Source: a virus. From it: a stretch of DNA of 64,000 nucleotides. The DNA lies in the IMG/VR virus record IMGVR_UViG_3300027749_000051, positions 32,001 to 96,000 of that record. The stretch is one strand, 5' to 3'. This document shows, piece after piece, positions 57,589 through 64,000 of the stretch. Each line of letters starts with the position of its first letter. The stretch's first letter is position 1. The notes beneath the pieces are model-generated. The model ran no database searches, was not told where the DNA came from, and was given only the letters and a program-made list of their open reading frames with translations. A program made the position numbers and the translations under genes.

Positions 57589-58110
57589 ATGAACTTACAA
57601 GAAAACATACACAGGATTAAGGAAATGATGGGGATTAATGAAAAGCATGATCTCCTGAATAAACCTATCAAAGATATTATAGACCAAGTGGGAGGATATG
57701 GAACAGGATTCAACACCGATGAAGACGCCATAGAAGAAATAGAATATGTGGTATCAAGTGATTTTCCTGAAGGTCTGAATAACATTCCAACTAAAGTAAT
57801 CTTATATAGAGTTATATTATTGGAAGATGGTAAATCCATTAACGAGGATCAGGTTGGGGAACATTTCATTTCGGATACAAGACATATAGATAGATCGTTC
57901 TTGGAAAAGATAGATATATGGGACAATTGGGATGCGGACAATTCCAAGTTATGGTTACTACAATGTGAAACGGATGGGGATAATATAGATATAGAAAGAA
58001 CATTAGGTAATAGAGTTCAATATCCTCGTGAGAATGAATTCACCCTGAAGAACGATAAAAAGATTAGGTTGATAAAGAAAAAGATACTTAATAAAGAACA
58101 GCTTAGATGA
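57589..58110 (+). CDS. MNLQENI-leader protein, ADP-ribosyltransferase-like fold
   Basis: Start 57589 after TATTTAT; LYR, HFIS, ENE pattern. Confidence 0.5.
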   Translation: MNLQENIHRIKEMMGINEKHDLLNKPIKDIIDQVGGYGTGFNTDEDAIEEIEYVVSSDFPEGLNNIPTKVILYRVILLEDGKSINEDQVGEHFISDTRHIDRSFLEKIDIWDNWDADNSKLWLLQCETDGDNIDIERTLGNRVQYPRENEFTLKNDKKIRLIKKKILNKEQLR

Positions 58111-58637
58111 AATACATAATTACTGAGAGACAATATAGAGTGATATCCGAAGAAGTTAATCCTCGCATCAAAGAAATTATCTTCAATAAGTTATTGAATG
58201 ATATGAAGGGTGTTGAGATTATTGAAGATAATGGTAGCATATGGGCAATAGATCCTGATGAGAAATACTGGTACTTTGAGTTGCAAGAAAACGGAACTTT
58301 ATGGTGGAGATGGGGATTTTTCAATAATTTTTTCAAGTTATTTTCAATAGAAAGAAATGAGTTTGAACCACTTATGCGTGAACTGGTGGAAGACATCTTG
58401 AATCGCAAGGTAGTCACATCACTTCTAGTGCAATTCCTTGGTGACCTAATGGTGGAAGACATCTTGAATCGCAAGGTAGTCACATCCCACAGCGGACAGA
58501 TTCACGTCCAAAGCCAGGTGGAAGACATCTTGAATCGCAAGGTAGTCACATCTAGTGGGCATGACCAAAGATTAACAATGTCAATAAAAGACATATTAAA
58601 TCGTAGGAATAAGATAACCAAAGATGAGAACTTTTAA
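58107..58637 (+). CDS. array-gene paralog 4 with added MKYIITE leader
   Basis: Same WWRW N-domain; near-identical segments to paralog 3. Confidence 0.88.
   Translation: MKYIITERQYRVISEEVNPRIKEIIFNKLLNDMKGVEIIEDNGSIWAIDPDEKYWYFELQENGTLWWRWGFFNNFFKLFSIERNEFEPLMRELVEDILNRKVVTSLLVQFLGDLMVEDILNRKVVTSHSGQIHVQSQVEDILNRKVVTSSGHDQRLTMSIKDILNRRNKITKDENF
58385..58618 (+). CRISPR. CRISPR-like in-frame array: three identical 36-nt repeats plus degenerate fourth, three 30-nt spacers
   Basis: GGTGGAAGACATCTTGAATCGCAAGGTAGTCACATC at 58385, 58451, 58517. Confidence 0.65.
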
Positions 58638-58640
58638 GAT

Positions 58641-58958
58641 ATGAAACTACAAGAGAACATAGACAGAATTAAACAAGTGATGGGAGTTATCAATGAAGAT
58701 AAACCATCAATCCATATTTTACGGAGATTACCTCAAATAGAGAGGGCATTAAATCAGACATTATATTATTTATCTCCTTGTGAATATGATGATGTGGAAT
58801 ATTATACTGAACATGTATTACACCAACTTAGGGAATATTTTGAAGATTATGAAGAAGAAGAAGAGGTTGAACCTTTTGCGGCAACAAATTATGTTGCAGA
58901 ATATTTATCATCTGAAATAGAAGAATATTACGATGACCGTAAAACAGAATGTGAATAA
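58641..58958 (+). CDS. MKLQENI-leader acidic protein
   Basis: Shared leader. Confidence 0.65.
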   Translation: MKLQENIDRIKQVMGVINEDKPSIHILRRLPQIERALNQTLYYLSPCEYDDVEYYTEHVLHQLREYFEDYEEEEEVEPFAATNYVAEYLSSEIEEYYDDRKTECE

Positions 58959-59022
58959 TAAAGAATATTCACTTAGACATAAACTATACAATATCAAATA
59001 AATCTATACAATATTTTTTATA

Positions 59023-59712
59023 ATGAAACTACAAGAGAATATAGATAGGATAAAACAAGTGATGGGGATTATTACAGAATCACGACCAGGATTTTGTTTA
59101 CCGAAAGATTATACTCCAGGAACAAAATATGGAAGGGATGAGTTAGCTAAGATGTTTGTATGTTTTACAAAAGATCCGAAGAAGTTTCCATTATTGGCGG
59201 TTAAGGAATGGTTATTTCCACAATTACCTGGTGGAGGATTTACGCCCCAAGATCCAATGAGTATGAGTTATGGTCAACCATATACTTTTACTATGGAAAG
59301 AATGGCAAAAGTAGAAGATAAAAATACAAGAAATATCACAGTCGGAATAAAAACCATTGACCCAACTCAATTACCTGATGAAACAAAAAGATGGTTTAGT
59401 ATAAAACAAAAATCTCCAGGATTTCAAGATAGATTTGACTATCAGATAAATAAGATAAGGGAGAATGACTATGATACTACAGTTATAACACCTCAAGATG
59501 AGCCTATGGTTTTTGAGGTTATAAATAGAAAGTTATATATTCAAGAAGGGTGGCATAGGTTAATGGCGATCTTAATGTTATTGGAGAAGGGGGAAATAAT
59601 TCCTGATCAGGCTAAAGTATATGCTGTAACTGTATTTAGATCTCCCGATTTTAAGTTAAAAATAGTGGATAAACCAGAAGGCCTTTTTGAAAACATAAGA
59701 AATTACCAATAA
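59023..59712 (+). CDS. MKLQENI-leader protein with ParB/Srx-like motif
   Basis: LYIQEGWHRLMA resembles IxDGxHR. Confidence 0.55.
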   Translation: MKLQENIDRIKQVMGIITESRPGFCLPKDYTPGTKYGRDELAKMFVCFTKDPKKFPLLAVKEWLFPQLPGGGFTPQDPMSMSYGQPYTFTMERMAKVEDKNTRNITVGIKTIDPTQLPDETKRWFSIKQKSPGFQDRFDYQINKIRENDYDTTVITPQDEPMVFEVINRKLYIQEGWHRLMAILMLLEKGEIIPDQAKVYAVTVFRSPDFKLKIVDKPEGLFENIRNYQ

Positions 59713-59734
59713 TAACCAAGATAGATTTATAACA

Positions 59735-60214
59735 ATGAAACTACAAGAGAATATAGATAGGATAAAACAAGTGATGGGGATTAATGAAACCTTTGACGCA
59801 GGGGTGGAACCAACTCTTAGAGACACCTATAACGAAGATGGGGCAAAAGTATATTCATACATCCTTCCGTCAAAGAAAGATGAAAAAGATTACATCATCA
59901 ACTTAAAGTTCTATAAGGAGTTTAAGGACCCGAAAATCAAAGATACATATAAAGATGTTATGGTAATAGATTTTAATCTTGGGGCAGGGACTTATTACAA
60001 TACCAACCTTAATGAAGTATTTTATATCTTTGCTTCAATCAATAAACTTATAGAGAAGTATAAGAAGAAGTTCCAATATCTTATGGGTTATTCAAACAAA
60101 GATAGATTGTCCTTATATAAGAAAGCATTGTCAAGAGCAAATTATTTGGAACTGGTAGATGAGGGATCACATCATATCATATATAAGAACAAAGATTATT
60201 CACGATGGTTCTAA
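59735..60214 (+). CDS. MKLQENI-leader hypothetical protein
   Basis: First 49 nt identical to 59023 gene. Confidence 0.65.
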   Translation: MKLQENIDRIKQVMGINETFDAGVEPTLRDTYNEDGAKVYSYILPSKKDEKDYIINLKFYKEFKDPKIKDTYKDVMVIDFNLGAGTYYNTNLNEVFYIFASINKLIEKYKKKFQYLMGYSNKDRLSLYKKALSRANYLELVDEGSHHIIYKNKDYSRWF

Positions 60215-60221
60215 ACCATAC

Positions 60222-60251
60222 AAGACCTCACCTAATAAGTGGGGTTTTTTT
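60222..60251 (+). terminator. CCTCACC/GTGGGG-family terminator
   Basis: AAGACCTCACCTAATAAGTGGGG plus T-run; 23 nt identical to copy at 63766. Confidence 0.8.
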
Positions 60252-60350
60252 ATTAAAAATAATTACGCAATTTTCCTAGCTAGGAGTTGACTGGTAAAAA
60301 ATAATTTCATATCATTGTAATATAATTAAACATTAAAAATATTAGAAGAT

Positions 60351-60758
60351 ATGAATGAAATAGAAAAAATTATTAGAAAACATCAGGATGAGTTTAACGC
60401 AATGGTAATGAGTTTTGTTATGGGGAAAAAAAATAAACAAAATAAGTCCCCGAAGACTATGTATGAGTTATGTGTGATGGGTAAGGTCTATAGGAACGAG
60501 AAGTTTGTGGATACCTATAAAGAGTTTTTAAGAAACATTTTAGCCGTTCACTCATATGATACCATTTCTGATGCATTAAATGGATTTGTTAAAAGAGATC
60601 CACAAGAATTAGCTCCGTGTAGTCGTGACAAGGGTTGTGTTGTTATGTTAAAGGAAGATATATTCTTATCCACATACAGCTCCACAGAAATGAAGAAAAA
60701 TCATATTAAGAAAATATGTGATAGTCTTAACCTTCCTTATAGTTTCAGTAAAATGTAA
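60351..60758 (+). CDS. hypothetical protein
   Basis: Flanked by terminators. Confidence 0.6.
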   Translation: MNEIEKIIRKHQDEFNAMVMSFVMGKKNKQNKSPKTMYELCVMGKVYRNEKFVDTYKEFLRNILAVHSYDTISDALNGFVKRDPQELAPCSRDKGCVVMLKEDIFLSTYSSTEMKKNHIKKICDSLNLPYSFSKM

Positions 60759-60767
60759 TAGTTCTTT

Positions 60768-60794
60768 ACCTCACCATAACGGTGGGGTTTTTTT
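60768..60794 (+). terminator. CCTCACC/GGTGGGG-family terminator
   Basis: ACCTCACC-ataac-GGTGGGGT plus T-run. Confidence 0.8.
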
Positions 60795-60830
60795 ATTGAT
60801 TAAAATTGATTAATTTTTATATTATGAAAT

Positions 60831-61781
60831 ATGAAAGATTTAATTTTTATCAGTGCTTATTGTCCAACCGAGGAACAAGAAAGGGCTCTTGAAAGGTGTG
60901 TTAATCATGTATTAGAATGTGGGAAACACATTGTCTTAGTTTCTCACACACATGTGCCAATCCATATTCAAAAAAAATGCCAATACTACGTTTATGATTA
61001 TAACAATGAAATTTCAGACGATTATAATTTGTTAGGACATCATCATTTTAAGTTTGGAAATAACAGAATACAATCAAGATTCTTCAACAAATATTTTTAT
61101 GGTTTCGCCATATATAGAATGTTCGCAATAGCATGTCAAATTGCGATAAATTTTGGATATCAAAATATTCATCACATTGAATATGATGGTCAGTTGTTAG
61201 ATAAAAATTTAATTGATGAAAATAGTAAACACCTTGAAGAATATGATTCTGTAATATACACAGATAACGGTAAAGAAGATGGGTTTCTTTTTGGTTCTTT
61301 CAAATCTTTGAAAGTAAGTTCATTACCTGAGAATTTGAAAAACTATAACAAAGAGTTTATTGATACTGAAATGAGAATAATTGAGCCAAAACAATTAGAG
61401 GTTTTTACAAAAAATCTATTCCTAAATTCAGGAAAAGTATTGTTTAAGAATGAACTAACGGATGATAGATTTAAAAGGGGAGATAGAGTTTTTCATCGGA
61501 ACTTACACTTTACTCTGTATTACAATGCATCAGATAGAACCTTAAACATTTTTTATAACTCTGTTAAAGACTCATCGGAAAAAATTATTGTTATAGTCAA
61601 TAAAACAACAATGGTTAATATACAAACCAAACCTTATCATTGGCATACAAAACCGTTGGGTATTTTTGACGAGATTAATCATGTAAGAGTGGACAATTCA
61701 GAAAAAATTATTTATGATAAAACCTTTGATAGCCAATTTAGAGAGGTATTCAAAATAAAGTCATACATCGTTAGTGAATAA
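60831..61781 (+). CDS. hypothetical protein, possibly GT-A-like
   Basis: IFISAYC..IVLVSHT..HHIEYD; coupled to next two genes. Confidence 0.45.
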   Translation: MKDLIFISAYCPTEEQERALERCVNHVLECGKHIVLVSHTHVPIHIQKKCQYYVYDYNNEISDDYNLLGHHHFKFGNNRIQSRFFNKYFYGFAIYRMFAIACQIAINFGYQNIHHIEYDGQLLDKNLIDENSKHLEEYDSVIYTDNGKEDGFLFGSFKSLKVSSLPENLKNYNKEFIDTEMRIIEPKQLEVFTKNLFLNSGKVLFKNELTDDRFKRGDRVFHRNLHFTLYYNASDRTLNIFYNSVKDSSEKIIVIVNKTTMVNIQTKPYHWHTKPLGIFDEINHVRVDNSEKIIYDKTFDSQFREVFKIKSYIVSE

Positions 61782-62598
61782 GATAATCAATTTTACTCCA
61801 ACAGGAACACAAACCACAAGGGACAATTCCTTAGCTCCATTATTACCGAATGAAATAATAGAGGAAGTTCATAGCGCGAATGAGGTGGGGATTTCAATTG
61901 TACATCTACATGCAAGAGATGAAGAGACAAATAACACTTACAAGAAAGAAGTGTATCAAAAGATTATAGAAGGGATAAAAAAACATTGTCCTGACTTGTT
62001 GATTTGTGTTTCATTAACGGGAAGAAACTTCCCTGAGTTAGAGAAAAGAGCCGAGGTATTACAATTAAAACCTGATATGGGCTCGCTAACCATGTCATCA
62101 TTAAACTTTCCATCAGGGGCATCAATTAATCAACCTGAGACCATCTTATCTTTAATAAACGAGATGGACAAATATGGTGTACAACCTGAGATAGAATGTT
62201 TTGACGCAGGAATGTTAAACTATACAAATTACATTATTTCAAAGAACATATTAAAGCCACCATATCACATCAATGTTATATTAGGAAACATATACAATGG
62301 GCAATGTGATTTTGGGACCTTATCATCAATTAAATCTAATCTACCAGCAAATTCATATACTTGTTTGGGTGGTATAGGCTCTCAACAACTAAAGAGTACC
62401 ACATATGGATTATTAGATTTCGATGGTATTAGAATCGGGATAGAGGATAATCTATATTACAAAGATAAGGAAAAAACAACAAACATAGATCTATTAAAAA
62501 GGGCACATAGGATAATGAATGAATTAGATATGACACATTATACATCAAACGAATTGAGACAAAAAGGATATGGAAACAAACTTATTAATATTAGGTAA
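61774..62598 (+). CDS. beta-keto acid cleavage enzyme (BKACE/DUF849, Kce-like)
   Basis: TPTG, IVHLHARD, PDMGSL, EIECFD, RIGIEDN. Confidence 0.9.
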   Translation: MNKIINFTPTGTQTTRDNSLAPLLPNEIIEEVHSANEVGISIVHLHARDEETNNTYKKEVYQKIIEGIKKHCPDLLICVSLTGRNFPELEKRAEVLQLKPDMGSLTMSSLNFPSGASINQPETILSLINEMDKYGVQPEIECFDAGMLNYTNYIISKNILKPPYHINVILGNIYNGQCDFGTLSSIKSNLPANSYTCLGGIGSQQLKSTTYGLLDFDGIRIGIEDNLYYKDKEKTTNIDLLKRAHRIMNELDMTHYTSNELRQKGYGNKLINIR

Positions 62599-63214
62599 GG
62601 GGGATAATATCATTACAATGGTATTGGATAATTTATATTCAAATGACTTCACGCCCAATATTACAATATACAACAATTTGGATTTACCAATACTAAGTCC
62701 ATTTGACCATTATGATTTTAATGTGGAAGTTTTGAATGATGTTGAGGTTAACAAATACGATTCGCTTGTTCTCGGAGTATATCAACCTCAATACAAGATA
62801 AAGATAATACAAACATTAAATCCTGACATTAACAAGTTTATCAATATTATTCATAGTGGATTAGATATGTCCAAGATGAGTAAATTAGGTTATGGGGTAT
62901 TAATTAATTCCAAAGTATCGATCGCAGCACATACAACCATAGGTAATTTTGTCTCCATCAATAGACATGTCTCCATAGGTCATCATACAAATATAGGTGA
63001 CTATTGTTCAATCAACCCTGGTACCAACATTGGGGGAAATGTAACCATAGGTGAAGGTACAACAATAGGGATGGGGGCTAATGTATTACATCATGTAAAG
63101 ATAGGAAAGAATACCATCATAGGCGCGGGATCAGTTGTAACAAAAGATATTCCCGATAATGTGGTTGCATATGGATCACCTTGTAAAATCGTAAGAGATA
63201 ACCTCACCAAATAA
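62570..63214 (+). CDS. NeuD/PglD-family sugar acyltransferase (hexapeptide repeats)
   Basis: IIH, IGHHT, hexapeptide repeats, GAGSVVTKDIP..YGSPC. Confidence 0.88.
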   Translation: METNLLILGKGDNIITMVLDNLYSNDFTPNITIYNNLDLPILSPFDHYDFNVEVLNDVEVNKYDSLVLGVYQPQYKIKIIQTLNPDINKFINIIHSGLDMSKMSKLGYGVLINSKVSIAAHTTIGNFVSINRHVSIGHHTNIGDYCSINPGTNIGGNVTIGEGTTIGMGANVLHHVKIGKNTIIGAGSVVTKDIPDNVVAYGSPCKIVRDNLTK

Positions 63215-63273
63215 TCGGTGGGGTTTTTTATTTATAAAACATTTGGATAAGTGGAATATATTATATAGATTTG
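63200..63273 (+). promoter_or_regulatory. terminator plus Bacteroidota-type promoter cassette
   Basis: ACCTCACC..GGTGGGG-T run, then TTTG 63242-63245, 20 nt, TAGATTTG 63266-63273. Confidence 0.7.
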
Positions 63274-63309
63274 TGGGATATTATTAACAATTTAAAAAAA
63301 CAGATTATT

Positions 63310-63735
63310 ATGATTCACGAAAGAATTATTTTTAAGGGAAATCCCTCTCAAATACCAAACATTGGTTACTACCTTCTATGTATAATTTTGGCTCCATTAT
63401 TGGGGTTGGGTGTAATAATGTTTCTTGTTAGATATTTGGAAACAAGATTCACTAAATTTGAAATTACGAATGAACGAGTTATTCAACAAAATGGTGTCCT
63501 TTCAAGAAGAACAAATGAAACTGAATTGTATAGAGTTAAAGATATCATATTAGATGAACCATTCTTTTTAAGGATTTTTGGTCTATCTAATATTTTAATA
63601 GTTACATCGGATAGAACTTCTCCACTTATCTTAGTAAACGCTATCGAAAATGGTGGTATAATAAGACGAGAATTGCGTGAGGCGGTAGAATTAAGAAGAG
63701 ATAAGAAAGGTGTAAGAGAAATGGATTTCAGATAA
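63310..63735 (+). CDS. bacterial PH (bPH_2) domain membrane protein
   Basis: TM then F.ITNERVI..G..SR..E.ELYRVKD..F.RIFG..NI. Confidence 0.8.
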   Translation: MIHERIIFKGNPSQIPNIGYYLLCIILAPLLGLGVIMFLVRYLETRFTKFEITNERVIQQNGVLSRRTNETELYRVKDIILDEPFFLRIFGLSNILIVTSDRTSPLILVNAIENGGIIRRELREAVELRRDKKGVREMDFR

Positions 63736-63765
63736 AATCTGTATATAGCTCTGAATGTTTTATAT

Positions 63766-63824
63766 AAGACCTCACCTAATAAGTGGGGGTTTTTATTGTA
63801 TATTAAATAATTTAGTTATCTTTG
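63766..63824 (+). promoter_or_regulatory. terminator plus Bacteroidota-type promoter cassette
   Basis: AAGACCTCACCTAATAAGTGGGGG-T run; TATCTTTG 63817-63824. Confidence 0.7.
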
Positions 63825-63828
63825 TGTC

Positions 63829-64000
63829 ATGCAAACATTCTTACCATATTCAGATATTAGGAAGTCACTAAAGGTTCTTGACAATAAGCGGCTTGGGAAG
63901 CAGCGGGTTGAGGCATTTCAGATTATTAACGCCATACTTGGAAGACCCAAGTTGGACGGAACACCATATAAAGGTTGGTTAAACCATCCGTGTTCTGTTA
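63829..64000 (+). CDS. pyrimidine-dimer DNA glycosylase-like family protein, 3'-truncated (not in ORF track)
   Basis: MQTFLPY..LD.KRLGKQRVEA..GW.NHP. Confidence 0.8.
   Translation, partial: MQTFLPYSDIRKSLKVLDNKRLGKQRVEAFQIINAILGRPKLDGTPYKGWLNHPCSV

Noticed and set aside
53327-58637. Canonical CRISPR-Cas locus
   Set aside because: No cas1, cas2, cas4, cas9 or HEPN-bearing cas13 gene in the window; arrays are in-frame in ORFs and differ between paralogs, so they are called CRISPR-like only.
53327-58637. Diversity-generating retroelement as source of the variation
   Set aside because: No reverse transcriptase in the window and no TR/VR pair; spacers are unrelated rather than adenine-mutated copies.
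1-64000. Stop-codon reassignment
   Set aside because: Known enzymes are full length in code 11 and TAA, TAG and TGA all end genes.
1-64000. Bacterial chromosome segment
   Set aside because: metK, ahcY, pstS, glf and dnaJ are isolated from their usual operons among S74 fibres, homing endonucleases and phage hypotheticals.

Overview
AT-rich, densely coding segment of a large tailed phage, most likely a T4-like jumbo phage of a Bacteroidota host. Phage status is inferred from gene content; no capsid, terminase or cas gene lies in the window. Host evidence: repeated TTTG-N19/20-TAnnTTTG promoters, a Bacteroidota-type RpoD and Hc1 histone-like protein, and Gln after signal peptides. Contents: SbcC/gp46-like ATPase, three DNA methyltransferases, sigma factor, putative lysis genes, DnaJ, Trx/Grx, three coupled collagen-like fibres with S74 chaperones, homing endonucleases, APS kinase plus sulfotransferase, two tRNA-like RNAs with no normal anticodon loop, glycosyltransferases plus glf, a Pho-box-preceded porin-pstS pair, metK plus ahcY, and a modular hypervariable region. 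Strongest finding: four paralogous genes (53327-55109 minus, 58107-58637 plus) whose 3' ends are in-frame arrays of a 36-nt repeat and exactly 30-nt unique spacers (18 spacers, all stop-free). The repeats are polarised like CRISPR arrays, have a DNA-level boundary, and resemble Bacteroidota type VI-B repeats as recalled from memory. This suggests spacer-style insertion into a protein-coding gene.
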